64,000 nt of DNA, from NCBI RefSeq assembly GCF_006345805.1, contig NC_042997.1, positions 73,346,001 through 73,410,000 of the forward strand, in the 5' to 3' direction. A model generated the notes under the pieces. It saw only the letters and a program-made list of their open reading frames with translations, had not been told where the DNA came from and made no database searches. Below, one piece after another: positions 11,975 to 24,165 of the stretch. The position numbers and the translations under genes were made by a program. This stretch comes from Octopus sinensis. Taxonomy: Eukaryota. How positions within the stretch are numbered: position 1 is the first letter of the stretch; the number at the start of each line of letters is the position of its first letter.

Positions 11975-13680
11975 GATAAGCCAGGTCGATTACCTCCTCA
12001 TCAGACAACGAGATAGGATGACGCTCGCAAATGCGGAGTCTTTCCTATGTGAAGAATATACAGCGCAACATAGCCTACTAATTAGTGACATCAGAAATAG
12101 GAGTAGAAAGACTCTGAGAAATAGACCATACTGGAAAAGAAGGTTACGGAAGCTCAAAAACCCAGCAAACCAGCAAAAGTTTAGAGGCACTCTACTGGAA
12201 GCCTCTTATGATAGAGAGGAGGAGGAAGAGGAGGAGGATGGGACATATAGCTTAGAGAACAACTGGAAGCTCCTGTGGGCAATTTACTGGGGGTTGCTGA
12301 CCAAATCTGTGGATGGTGTAAAGTCCCAGCTAGGCCAAGGGTGACATGGTGGTGGAAGGAGGTGGACAGTGTCACAGGTTTACATAGCAAGAGGAATAGC
12401 AGAAGGTAAGAAGTTTGCCAATGTTCTACAGCGTGAGTATCAGAGGCGTGAGGTGTTCAAGATTGCAAAGCAGTGTATCAGAAAGAATAGGTGGTAGGTG
12501 AGAAATGTGTGCAAATGGATAATGGTATACTTGTACTTAGTAATTCAGAGAAGAAAGATTCATGAAGATGCCATTATGAAAGGTTAATAAATGATTGAGA
12601 GAAGGAGAGTCTTTCAAATATCGAACCAATTGAGGGACCAGTCAACAGAGTTGATAGTAGTATAATAGATAAGGCAACTAAAGATATGAAGGCTGAGAAA
12701 GTCCATGAACAATCGGGTATCACTGCCGAAATTATTAAAATATCAGGCAGTGTGGGATACAGCTTAGACATTCGCCTGGTTAATCGGGTTATTCAGGAAG
12801 GGATTATCCTCAAAGACTAGTGTAGTAGTATTATAGTTAGTTGCTACAAAGGTAAAGGTGATGTCTTAAAAACAATTACAGAGGTATTAAACTGCTGGAC
12901 CAGGTCATGAAAATTACAAAGAGAGTTATTGCTTAACTGATTAGGAATATAATTAAACTAGATGAGATGCAGTTTTGTTTATTCTTAGGAGATGTACTAC
13001 AGATGTCATCTTCCTAGTGAGATAGTTGCAAGAAAAGTATTTGGCCAAAAGTGAACCCATGTACTTAGCTTTTGACGACCTGGAGAAAGCTTTCGACAGG
13101 GTTCTCCGCTCTCTTATCTGGTGGTTTCTAAGGAATCTAGAAGTAGAGGAGTTCCAAGTATAGAAGCAAAACCTGGAATCAAAGGGCCTTGCGTTAACCT
13201 AGCAAAGATCAGAGTTGTTGTTAGCAAGAAACATAAGATTTTGTTTCCATCAGGTAAATGGCTATGCTCAATATGTGGGTAAGGAATGGGAAGAAATTTC
13301 ATTCGCTGCACGCAGTGTAAACAATGGACACATAAAATACGCAGTAGAATCACAGATAGATTAACAAATAAAGTCGCTTTCGTATTTGACAGATGTGCAG
13401 GAACAATAAGCACTAAGAGTACAAGGTACTCTGTGAAGCGTCCAGAAGGTTCTCATAAGGTAGTAGAGAGTTTCTGCTACTTAGGTGATCAAATCAGTAA
13501 CGGTGGTGAATGCTCTGAAAGTATTGTTTCTAGAAAAAGAATAGGATGGAGGAAGTTCAGGGAACTACTACCTCTGTTGGCAAAGGAAGGTCTCTCTCTC
13601 ACAGTGAAAGGTAGATTGTATGGATGTCTGTGTACGAACGGCTATACTCCATGATAATGAGACATGGGCTCTAAATGCGG
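11975..13680 (+). mobile_element. Decayed RTE-clade LINE (end of APE, partial RT, internal Cys-rich region)
   Basis: Peptides CEEYTAQHSLLISD, NYRGIKLLDQVMKI, DLEKAFDRV, RCTQCKQWTHK, FCYLGDQISNGG and IGWRKFRELLPLL, with frameshifts. Confidence 0.85.
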
Positions 13681-13704
13681 AGGACATACTTATTTATATA
13701 TATA

Positions 13705-13735
<31 letters not shown>

Positions 13736-13761
13736 CATACTTTATATATATATATATATAT

Positions 13762-13790
13762 ACAGACATCCATATAATCTACCTTTCACC

Positions 13791-13824
<34 letters not shown>

Positions 13825-13960
13825 CCTTTGCCAACAGAGATAGTAGTTCTCTGAGCTTCCTCCATCCTATTTTTTTTTCTAGAAACAAAACTTTCAGAGC
13901 ATTCACCACCGTTACTGATTTGATCACCTAAGTAGCAGAAACTCTCTACTACCTTATGAG
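13762..13960 (-). repeat. Local inverted duplicate of 13452-13631
   Basis: Reverse-complement match by eye, separated by ~130 bp containing a TA tract. Confidence 0.9.
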
Positions 13961-13961
13961 A

Positions 13962-14927
13962 GGAAGGATATTATCCATTTAATGAAAAGCTTCGGACTTA
14001 GTATAACTATAGATACTAGCCTAAAGGTTGTCAATTTCTTAGACGTTTCCTTAGATCTAAATAAGAACATTTATAAGCCTTATAGGAAGCCCAATGATAG
14101 ACTTCGTTATATTAATGTAGGTTCATGCCATCCCCCTATAGTATTCAAAACTTTAGTTAAAAATACTAGTAAGAGAATTTCTAGCCTCTCCTCCGATAAG
14201 GACATTTTTAATGGCGTTGACCCAGTATATAATAAGGCTTTAAAAGATAGTGGTTTTAGCGAAAAAATAAAATATACACCTGTTACTAACCCCAAAAGTA
14301 TAGATGAGGAAAAATAGAAATAGGAAGATCATCTGGTTTACACTCCCTTACTCACCCGAGGTGACCATCAATATAGGTAAATATTTCTTAGTACTGATAG
14401 ATAGATATTTTCCAGTTAACCATACTTATAGGAAGATATTCAATAAACAAAATTTAAAAGTTAGTTTTAGTTCAACTACCAATTTTAAAAATATAATCGC
14501 ACATAACACAGAAAAACCACAAGAAAACAGCTGTTCATGCAGGAATAAAAAATTGTGCCTGCTAAATGGAGCTTGCATGTCCGAGACCATCATATATGAA
14601 GCTACCGTGGACTCTATAACTACTAAAGACACCGTTTCGACGAAGAAATACGTGGGCCTTACAGAGGGTAATTTCAAGGCCAGGTTCAATAACCACACCT
14701 TGAGTTTTAGGCACTGGAACAAAATGGTAAGCGACAAAATTATCCAATCATATATGTCATTAAAAGATAAAGGTGTCAATTACAACATCCATTGGAAGAT
14801 TTTGGCCTAATGTAAGCCCTACACAAACGGCAGCGGAAGGTGCGGTCTATGCGACATGGAAAGATGGCTTATCTGGAAAAGTAGCTTAGACCCTACTACA
14901 TGTCTAAACTCAAGGACAGAACTTTTC
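13962..14927 (+). mobile_element. Penelope-like element (Naiad-like) fragment: RT thumb, Cys linker, GIY-YIG endonuclease
   Basis: VNFLDVSL, YRKPND..YINVGSCHPP, RKIIWFTLPYS, CSCRNKKLCLLNGAC, IIYEATV..KKYVGLTEGNFKARFNNH and CGLCDME..NSRTELF. Frameshifted and truncated. Confidence 0.85.
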
Positions 14928-14934
14928 GAATAAT

Positions 14935-17900
14935 TTTCTTTTTTTCGATGATTAAGTTAGGTTGTATAAATGTGCGTGGAATGGGGTCGAAATGGAAACA
15001 GGCTTGTTTTCGGGACGACCTCATTTCACATAGAATCGATGTAGCTGTTGTTACCGAGTCCAAGATGAAAGGACCCCAAGCGTTCTCACCACTTCTCAAT
15101 GGTTACGAGAAATTTATTTCTCCTAGCCGGGAGGGAGGTGCAGGCGTGGCAGTTCTTTTCAGGAAGAACTTGGACTTACAGGTAAGTACTGTCTTTCTGG
15201 ACCCAGAAGGTAGGCTGGTTGTCCTAGATGTGACGAACGTGAGTAAGCAGTCCTTCGGGTTGGTGGCTCCTAATTGACGTGGGCAGACCGGTTTGTTTCG
15301 GGAACTGGAGCACTTTCTAGTGACGTCCAAAACGGTAGTCTTGGTAGGGGATTTCAACACCATTCTCGATGCGCGGGTGGCTGGTGTAGGCTCGAGCGAT
15401 AGGAAGGGGAATCCTGGCCTCAAGGCTCTACTAGCGAGCTTTAATCTAGTAGACCGTTTTCGACTGGATGAGCCGAACGTTCCACAGTGGACGTGGAGTA
15501 ATAACGACGGCTCACGCAGATCGTACATAGATAGAGTATTTGTTAAGGAACGAGATAGGAATAGTGTTAGCTGTCCACAATCCTCTGTTGTGCCTTACAC
15601 GGATCACAAACTTGTGACGTGTGAGGTACAGGTAGATAAATGCCATAGACAAGGTCCCGGTACTGGAAAATGAACAAGTTTATTTTGACTTGTGAAGCTT
15701 TCCGTACCCGGATTAAGGAATTAGTACAGAGGGCATTATGTGGCACCATCATTAATAATAGATGGTGGCTCGCCCTCAAAAGAGCCATCCGTTTGGAGTC
15801 CATTAGATTTAGCAAGCAGCTAAGTTTAGATAGGACTAGAATAGAGGGCGAATTAGTTAAGAACTTAGACGAGGCTATGGAATCTGGCTGTGCATCCGGA
15901 GTGTTGGCAGCGAGAGCGGTATTGTACCGTCACCTCAACGCCAAGCGAGGGGTGTAGAGTCAGAGCTAAGTTACGTGCAGAAAACGAGAAGGTATTACGT
16001 TGCCGATGGGCCCGTCGTGAGGAGAGTCAGAAGGGCAAAAAGTCCTGTATTATGTCCTTAACTGACGAGCAGGACCGCAAGATCTATGGACAGGAGGAGA
16101 TGCAGAAGGTCCTTCACCAGCATTTCGCACGGCTGTTTGGGGGCGGTGGTCCGCTCGAGCGTGGGGAGACCTTAAAGGACTTCCAAGCTGGTGGGACTCG
16201 GCTCTCGGCAGGTGAGGCGGAGTGCTGTGAAGGATCGATCTCTCCCGCGGAGGTAAGAGGGGTTATGGCCGAGTGCGCCGGGGAAAAGTCGCCGGGGTTG
16301 GATGGTCTGCCCTATGAATTTTATTGTTGTATGCCGGACTTGTTCGGGGACATACTGGCAAGCGTCTATGCAAACTGGCAACAGAATGGGAGGATTCCCA
16401 GCTCTGTGAGTCGGGGAGTTGTGACGCTTGTCCAGAAAGACCCGAGCAAGGGGGACAGTATTAGTAATTATAGGCCATAACTCTACTTAATGTAGAGTTT
16501 AAGATTTTGGCCAAGGTTGACGGCTGTCGTGGAGAAACTTGTCGGGAAGGCATAGACATGTGCAATCCCAGGCAGGTCGATCCAGGATAATCTTCACCTT
16601 CTCCGCTACACTATAGATAGGGTCGGGAAATTAGACGGCAAAGGAGGGGCATTGGTCCATTTAGACCAAAGTAAAGCGTTCGATAGGGTAGACCATCGGT
16701 ACTTGGCGGCGGTCCTCGAAGCGGCTGGGCCCTGGCTTCTGCGGGTGTATCTCAGCTATGTACAGCGGCATCAAGTCCACAGTCCAGATAAACGGTTACC
16801 TAACGGAGCCGTTTTCGATCAAGCGTTCAATTCGTCAAGGGTGCCCCTTGTCCCCGCTTCTGAATGTTTTGGCTCTTGAGCCATTGCTGCGGAAGCTGGA
16901 GAAGTTGGGAGGCAACCCTAATGAAATCGGATGCGGTAAGTCTGTTTCTGCCCATGCGGATGACGTCACCCTCATCGTGTCCAACGGAACACAGCTACCT
17001 CGGGTGGCAGGTGCTCTCCATAGATACGAAGCGGTGGTAGGGGAAAAAGTTAACAGGGACAAGTCCAACGGTTTGCGCCTCGGCACCTGGAGGAACAAGC
17101 CGATACCGTCCAGTGTTGTTGGACACTGGACGGATGGTCTTGCTAAATTGCTCGGAGTCTGGTTTGGTCCAGACTCCCAGACGGAGAAGAATTGGAGCGA
17201 GGTAACGAGCAAGGTGGATGCCATAGTACGGAAGTGGTCCGGAAGGCATCTTTCCTTGAAAGGGAGGGCGGAGGTGGCACAGATGTTTATAGTCTCTGTC
17301 GTCACCTACCGCCTGACCGTCGTGCCTTGCCCCGATTCGTGGTTAAACAAGTTGGAACGACTCCTTTTCCGCTTTTTTGTGAAAGGAGGAAAGCCACTTG
17401 TGAGACGCCTCCGTGTGTTGCCAGGAACCGCTAAAGGGTGGACTGGGGATGCCTTGGCTAATGATGCGCAAGCATGCGTTGAGGCTGAGACACCTCTGGT
17501 GTTACCTGAAGGATAAGGTGTGGAGTTCGCTGGCAGAGGAATTCTTCTCGCGACCGGCCTCTATGGAGGGATTTACACCCGGTCTCATTAAAGGACGTAA
17601 CCTGACTTCATGGCAGAAGGACAGGCACTCTGGCTGATCCACAAGATGGGCAAGGCCGGCAGCGGGAATACCACCTCCGTGTTCTATAAAGGGCTGGTAG
17701 AGGGAAAAAATGACGACGTCCTAGGAAGGGCTCTGGGGTTCGATGAGGATCAACTCTCCAACCTGTTTAAGAAGACTTTCAGGTCGAGGTATTTGGATAA
17801 TTACCAAAAATCCCTGACCTGGCAGTGCTATAGGAATGCATTACCTGTTCGCGAGATGTTATCCAGGCACGGAATGTCAGTGCCACCGACGTGTCCAAGA

Positions 17901-18644
17901 TGTGGGTTGGACGATGAAACCGTTCAACACGCTTTTGTACAATGTCGGGAGCTGTCAGGCTTGATAAGTTACGTGGAACACGTGTTGTCGCATCTGGGAC
18001 GAGTACAGCTGTCGGCTGTATCTATAATTAAGATGATACCGCCAACTGGACTCTCAAAGGAAGGTAAGGCTTGTTTTTACTGTACGGTGGCAGTATTGAA
18101 AGAGTTTGTATGGAGAACTAGATTGGAAGGTCTAGTGAAAGGGTCCTTTATCTCTGGCCTCGGTTTGTTAAAATACTTCGGATATCATCTGAAGAGCAAG
18201 ATGGGGTTGGAGAAGAGGAGCCTGCCACAGAAAGAGTATATGGAACGTTGGAAGGATGTGATGAGAAAGGTGGGTGAGAGTAACCCAGCTTAATCATCGA
18301 GGAAAGGAAAATCAGCTGCTGGGATTTATAGACTGCCGGGTTCAAAATTGAAACTGGTGCCTCGCATTCCCTTTCACTGTACATAACTGTTTAAAATAAA
18401 GAAATAATAAAAAAAAAAGAAAACATACGCACTAAAAGTTCTCGTGATAAAGGCAAAAGTAAGCCAAGGTTTCGTTTCAAGGCAAAGTAAGCCAAGTTTT
18501 CCTACAAGTTACATAAAATTTTATTTTTGTAATTTTTATAATTTCATTCGAACTCGCATAGCATTTTTGTAATTGTTTTGTCCTGTAATGTCCCAATTCT
18601 ATGTTAGATCACTTGATCATAATAAAGATAAATCCAATCGAAAA
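14935..18644 (+). mobile_element. Tx1-clade LINE T2: full-span but disrupted ORF2 (APE-RT-CCHC) plus 3' UTR; no ORF1 upstream
   Basis: ATG at 14948 (MIKLGCINVRGMG). VGDFN, SYIDRVF and YTDHKLV (APE); KSPGLDGLPYEFY, HLDQSKAFDRVDH and HADD (RT); CPRCGLDDETVQHAFVQC. Stop at 18293, AATAAA at 18621. Several frameshifts. Confidence 0.95.
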
Positions 18645-20247
18645 TCGCTTTTTTTTTGGTGTCGGAATTTTTTATTGCGTTATTGGTGTGTCGAGGTTGT
18701 GAGTTCGAGTTCGTTGGTGGAGGCCGTTGAGGCGTGGTGAATGTTTTTGGAGATGTTTCGAAAATGCAAGCCCAGACGTATGCGGAAGCAGCAGACAGAG
18801 GCTTGACTGCGAGTGATTTAGAGCTGGAAGAAGTGGTAGTCGAGAAAGAGACATTGGAAAAATATTTCGACGGCTTGAAGTAGGAAGATGATTGTGTGAG
18901 AGTCACACCGTCTGAAGAAGAAGCAAAAGAAGCGGAGAAACGTATGATAACATACAGAACGTGGAGCGTGGCTTCAAAGAAAATAGAAGTGGCAGAGACG
19001 GAGGAAATAGAGAAATGTCTGCAAACGAGGAAGAAAATACGCTACAGTGGTCGTCCATTTTAAAAATGAAGATGAAGCAAGAAGGAATGTCACGAAAATT
19101 CTGAAATCTGAAAGATGGACATTATTACCAAGTTACTGCGGAAAGAGTGCAGTAAGAATAAGAATCGGTAGGATTTCGCCGGAGCTTAACATGGAAAGGA
19201 TTCTAGCGGCAGTGGTTTTCAACTGCAAGGAAAGCATTGAGGTGTTGAAGGTGGAAAGGTCAACAGAAGTAAAGTGGTGGGGTTATGCGGTGCAGGCATT
19301 GGTCCACATTACTATGCCAGACCTCTATAACATCCCGGAGGAGTTGGTGTTCCCCGACGAGACACGTCTTAGAGTCGTGGTGGAGGAGAGACCCCCAGTG
19401 TGTTACAAATGCAAAATAAGAGGCCACATGAAGGATGTGTGTCCGCTGGGAGAAGTGCAGGAGAAAACGATAGCACTGGAGGCTTTAACGAAGGAGTGGA
19501 AAGATACGTGTGTAGAGGAGGAAATCATCACTACAGATAATGTGGAAAGTGGTGAAGAGTTGGAGAAAGAAAATAGAAAGAGAACGCGGGTGAAATCACC
19601 ACCCAAAGAACAAAAAGAGGAAGAAAAAGCGAAAAACAAGATTACTGACGAGAGGGAAGACCGAACGTGCGAAGGGAGTGATGCAGAAGCAAAAGCAAGT
19701 GAACCAACAAAATTAACTGGAGAGGAAGAATGGGACAGAAGAATGGAAGAGCAGTTGAAAGGTCTATAAGAGAGGAGGAAGACCCAAAGGAAAGAAACAC
19801 AGAGTGGTAATATTATATTTCAAGGACAAAAATACGGAAAAGATGTTGGCAGGTAGGAAAAGTTTAATTAGAGTAAAGTTGAACCCAGAAATATATGATG
19901 ACCAGTGGAAGGCGGTAATCGTGGAGAGAGAGACATTGGAGAAAATGAGAGATGATTATAGTGTATGTGAATGATTATATGTACGTTATGACACTTTGCC
20001 AGCTATTGTGGATCAGGAGAGGTTGATAGAATACCTGACAGATGAACGACCAGTATAGCAGAACTGTGTTTTAATGAAGCTGCGAGTTATGGGGGGCTCG
20101 TAAGCCGTTCCATCTAATCCATTATAAATATTCATTTCACTTCATATTTTTCAATTTTTTTTATTATATGTACCCCATGTCCTGATTGTGATGTCCCCTC
20201 TTAATTCGGGCCTTAGTGCCTATAATAAAGATAAATCCAATCGAAAA
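18645..20247 (+). mobile_element. ORF1-only Tx1-derived retroelement (HAL1-like), element X
   Basis: ATG at 18764 (MQAQTYAEAA), RGRKYATVVVHF, knuckle CYKCKIRGHMKDVC at 19401-19442, Glu/Lys linker, no APE or RT. 3' UTR with hairpins and AATAAA at 20224. Confidence 0.85.
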
Positions 20248-20415
20248 CCGGTGATTACCGTACGTTGACGAGAGGCAAAAACCTCGAAACTATAGCCTGT
20301 ATGTATCACTTAGGTTTTCGAGAGGGGATGACCTCCCTTTGCGAATATTAGAAGGCACAGAAAATTTGTCTAAAGCCAGCTGGAGACGATGATCTCCTGG
20401 GGCTAAAAGCTTCAG
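20248..20415 (-). pseudogene. Second copy of the unidentified coding fragment seen at 1422-1600
   Basis: Minus peptide LLAPGDHRLQLALDKFSVP versus LVAPGEHLLQLAIDTLSVP. Confidence 0.55.
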
Positions 20416-20799
20416 TAACACCCACCCCCAGTGGCTAGCCACATTGAGATGGCTAGTACACTTTATGTTATCATTGGATATGTTATACAAAATTCATATT
20501 TTATATCTCTAAAGAGCAGAAGCGTTGTCTATAAATGCTTATCGATATAGGATTTCATAATAGGGACAACTCATCTGTGAAACGATCGTAAGATGCTTTA
20601 AATATTTAATTCAAAACTTTTAAACTGTCATATACATTATATATTTATATTTATACATATTTACATATATTTTTTTACATATTTATATTTATTTATTTAT
20701 ATATTCTTAATACAACTATTTTGCCACGTTTATATCTTTCTGAGGAGTTTTGATATTGATTTCCTTTCCTAATGTTAATAATAGTATATTAAAAAATAT

Positions 20800-20828
20800 G
20801 TATGTATATGTATATATATGTTAATATA

Positions 20829-20887
<59 letters not shown>

Positions 20888-21053
20888 TATGTATATTATA
20901 TATATACATATATATGTATATATATATATATATATATATACATACATATATATGTATATATACATATATGTATATATATATATGTGTATATATATATATA
21001 TATATAATATATAATATATATATATATAAATAATATATATATATATATAATAT

Positions 21054-21087
<34 letters not shown>

Positions 21088-21117
21088 ATATATATATATA
21101 TAATATATATATATATA

Positions 21118-21160
<43 letters not shown>

Positions 21161-21182
21161 TATATTATATATATATATATAT
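20800..21182. repeat. Long (TA)n-rich microsatellite
   Basis: Direct reading. Confidence 0.95.
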
Positions 21183-21540
21183 AACGATTTAGGAGTGACC
21201 CCAACAGGTCACTCGTCCACAGAAAGAGCAGCCATAACTCACACCGCCAAGTAATATTAATTCAGAAATTAGGTGAAAATTTAAAAACATTTACCTAAAT
21301 TCATCTTTTAGACGTTGCAACGTTTCTGTGTCATTAATGATTAAATAGCTTAATTAAATTAAATTAAGCCAATCTACCATCATTAATGACACAGAAACGT
21401 TGCAACGTCTAAAAGATGAATTAGGGTAAATGTTTTTAAATTTTCACCTAATTTCTGAATTAATATTACTTGGCGGTGTGAGTTATGGCTGCTCTTTCTG
21501 GTGGACGAGTGACCTGTTGGGGTCACTCCTAAATCGTTAT
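21181..21540. mobile_element. Foldback/MITE, 360 bp palindrome in a TA tract
   Basis: Arms 21181-21341 and 21379-21540 are near-perfect reverse complements. TA on both sides. Confidence 0.85.
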
Positions 21541-21653
21541 ATTTATATATTTAGTCGATGACTATTTTCTCTTTTTCACCAGGCCGCTGGTTGCGATAAA
21601 TTTCTATTGAATTTTTTGCTACCCTAAATTGACTATATATATATATATATATA

Positions 21654-23270
21654 CAGTTGCGGTCAAAATGTTCAGAACGGCATTGTTTTTGTCAGAAAAG
21701 TAGGTATAAGTTTTTATTAAAGTTGTCTCTTCAGAGACAATAAATACAATATTAATTGGTATTGTCTGAGATTTTGGTGTAATTTGAGTGGATAATACAA
21801 AAGTTATGGATGATATAGTGATTTACTGCAAAAACTATGGTGGCCAAAATGATCAGAACGATTGAAAAAATAACAAAATAATCAAAAAGTGACGGAGAAT
21901 GCTGGAATTATTTCATATTTAGTGTGAAGCCCTTTAGCTTCAATCAAAGTTTGATATTTTCGACTGCATGGGGAAATGAAATTTTCATTTTCTTGCTGGG
22001 TGACCTTATTCCATTCTTCCTGAAGGGCATTCCATAATTGCTCGGTTGTTTTAGGATTTCTGGCTTTCAAACGTTCTCCTAGAATATTCCACACATTTTC
22101 AATAGGATTGAGGTCTGGGCTTTGAGCAGGCCAATCCATAACAATAACCTTTTCAGCCTTGAGGAAGTTCATGACCACCTTAGCCTTGTGACATGGGGCA
22201 TTGTCCTGCATGAATATAGGTGGTCGCTTAGTTGAATTTCTCAGCACAGGCAAAACGTGATCTTTTACATGTTGTTTATAAACTCCTGCATTTACCTTTC
22301 CATGTAATCGCAGCAAAGGGCCCACAGCATCTCCAGATATCATCCCCCAAACCATGACACTTCCTCCACCGAATTTAAATCTAGTCTTAAGGCATTTAGG
22401 TGACAATATTTTACCTGCTTTTCGACGAACGTACCTTTTCCCATCTGAGCCAAATAACATAGACTTAGATTCATCACTGAAATGCACCGTTTGCAATTTT
22501 TCTTGAGACCACAACACATGTCCGGTTGCAAAGGTAAGACGACACTTTTTATTCTTGGAGCTGATCAGTGGCTTCACTGCAGGTGCTCTTGCTTGTAGGT
22601 CATGTTCAACTAAAGGACAAGACACAGTTTTTCGAGATACAGTTTTCTTCAGTACAATGCTCATTTCCCAAAAAACAGCAGCAGCAGTTTTAAATCTGTC
22701 CTTTTTAACCAACTTTACCATAGCACGATCTTCTCTCTTGGTCGTTTTTCTTGGCCTACCTGTAGACTTTCTTGCTTCACACGAACCACAATCATCGTAG
22801 ACCTTAAGAATACCGTGAACAACACTTTTTGACTTGTTAACAATCTTTGCAATAGACCTAATACTTAAATTATCCTTCTTTCGAAGCTTAATAATCTGTT
22901 GACGAATTGGTAACGGAGTAAGTGGCATTATATTAACAAAGTACACTGCAAATATTCTTACTAATGTTTAGTAAACGAACTGTCACGTAAACAAATTCAA
23001 AACATTAGAGTTCGACGGTTAAATATACTAAAACATGGAGTAAAAGCAACCGTTCTGATCATTTTGGCCGCCATGGGTTTTGCAGTAAATCACTAAATCA
23101 TCCATAACTTTTGTATTATCCTCTCAAATTACACCAAAATCTCAGTCAATAACACATAATATCGTATTTATTGTCTGTGAAAATGATAGAATATAAAACA
23201 GCTTTGATAAAAACTTATACCTACTTTTCTGACGAAAACAATGCCGTTCTGAACATTTTGGCCGCAACTG
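21654..23270 (-). mobile_element. Tc1-family DNA transposon with IR/DR-type long TIRs
   Basis: Begins CAGTTGCGG and ends CCGCAACTG, with TA on both sides. TIRs ~21654-21860 and ~23051-23270 each carry outer and inner copies of CAAAATG(T/A)TCAGAACG. Confidence 0.97.
21882..22928 (-). CDS. Tc1 transposase (DD34E), 348 aa open frame
   Basis: N-terminal HTH and GRPRK motif. FSDESK, MQDNAPCH and WPAQSPDLNPIENVW, with 34 residues between the second D and E. ATG at 22928. Some non-consensus residues suggest decay. Confidence 0.9.
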   Translation of the reverse strand: MPLTPLPIRQQIIKLRKKDNLSIRSIAKIVNKSKSVVHGILKVYDDCGSCEARKSTGRPRKTTKREDRAMVKLVKKDRFKTAAAVFWEMSIVLKKTVSRKTVSCPLVEHDLQARAPAVKPLISSKNKKCRLTFATGHVLWSQEKLQTVHFSDESKSMLFGSDGKRYVRRKAGKILSPKCLKTRFKFGGGSVMVWGMISGDAVGPLLRLHGKVNAGVYKQHVKDHVLPVLRNSTKRPPIFMQDNAPCHKAKVVMNFLKAEKVIVMDWPAQSPDLNPIENVWNILGERLKARNPKTTEQLWNALQEEWNKVTQQENENFISPCSRKYQTLIEAKGLHTKYEIIPAFSVTF

Positions 23271-23658
23271 TATATATATTTATATATATATATATATGAT
23301 CTGTGTGTAATTACCATAACAAATAACAGGGAGAATGTAATGTATTCCGAAAATCTATCGCCCAAAGTACAGTGCATTGATTTTTACTTATTAGAAAGAA
23401 GAGTGATGGAAGTTGTAAGTCAATCGTAATCGTGAGAGCACATGAAGCACATGAATCACAGAGATCGATGACGACATTTAATTTTAAAGCTTATTGTTTT
23501 TATCTTCGCTGCGAGAAGTGTGACGAATATAATCATATCATAAGACAAGTCAAGTGGACATAATTGATTGAACTTCTCACTTTTGTCACAAAATCATTAT
23601 GACATTAGAGAATTAAAAAAAAGTTTGTGCTCAGTGAAAAATGTTGCCATAGTTTGTG

Positions 23659-23985
23659 GCAACAAAAGCAGCCTAGCATTCAAGAGATCATCGTGTTGCA
23701 TCATCTGAAACCACCTTTCTGCTAGTTCTTTGATCCCACACAGATACTAGTTCTTGTCCTTCGAGATGAGCTTCCCTGCTGAAGCTTCCACCTCCTTTTA
23801 GTTGATGAAGAGTGGCGGGTGCAGGAAGTGAGCTATATTTTCAAGAGGAGAGCTTCTGTGAAGGAGTTCTTTGCCTCGAAGGACAAGAACTGGTGTCAGT
23901 GTGGGATCAAAGAACTGGCAGAATGGTGGCTTCAGATGGTACAACACGATGGCCTCTACTTTGAATGCTTGGATGCTTTTGTTGC
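23659..23985. mobile_element. Mariner-derived foldback remnant
   Basis: The plus strand of the right arm encodes EFFASKDKNWCQCGIKELAEWWLQMVQHDGLYFE (mariner C-terminus). The left arm is its diverged reverse complement. Confidence 0.75.
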
Positions 23986-24165
23986 AGCTTGACGAATAAA
24001 GCAAACAAGTTCCCAAAATATTGCAAAATTCTTGACTCAACACAGTAACCCTGATTTCTATGAAATACTGTAGTGCATTCCACTATATTGACATTTTTGT
24101 TATATATTTTGTGGAGTACGGAAGGTTGAAGGACAACGTCAACACAACGTTATTTGTTGTAACGA

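Noticed and set aside
18619-18644. Shared Tx1 tails as U2 snRNA (Keno-like) or tRNA (Dewa-like) targets
   Set aside because: Neither this tail nor AACATGGAGGAAA matches U2 or tRNA sequence as I know it, and the tRNA-Phe has no Tx1 element adjacent.
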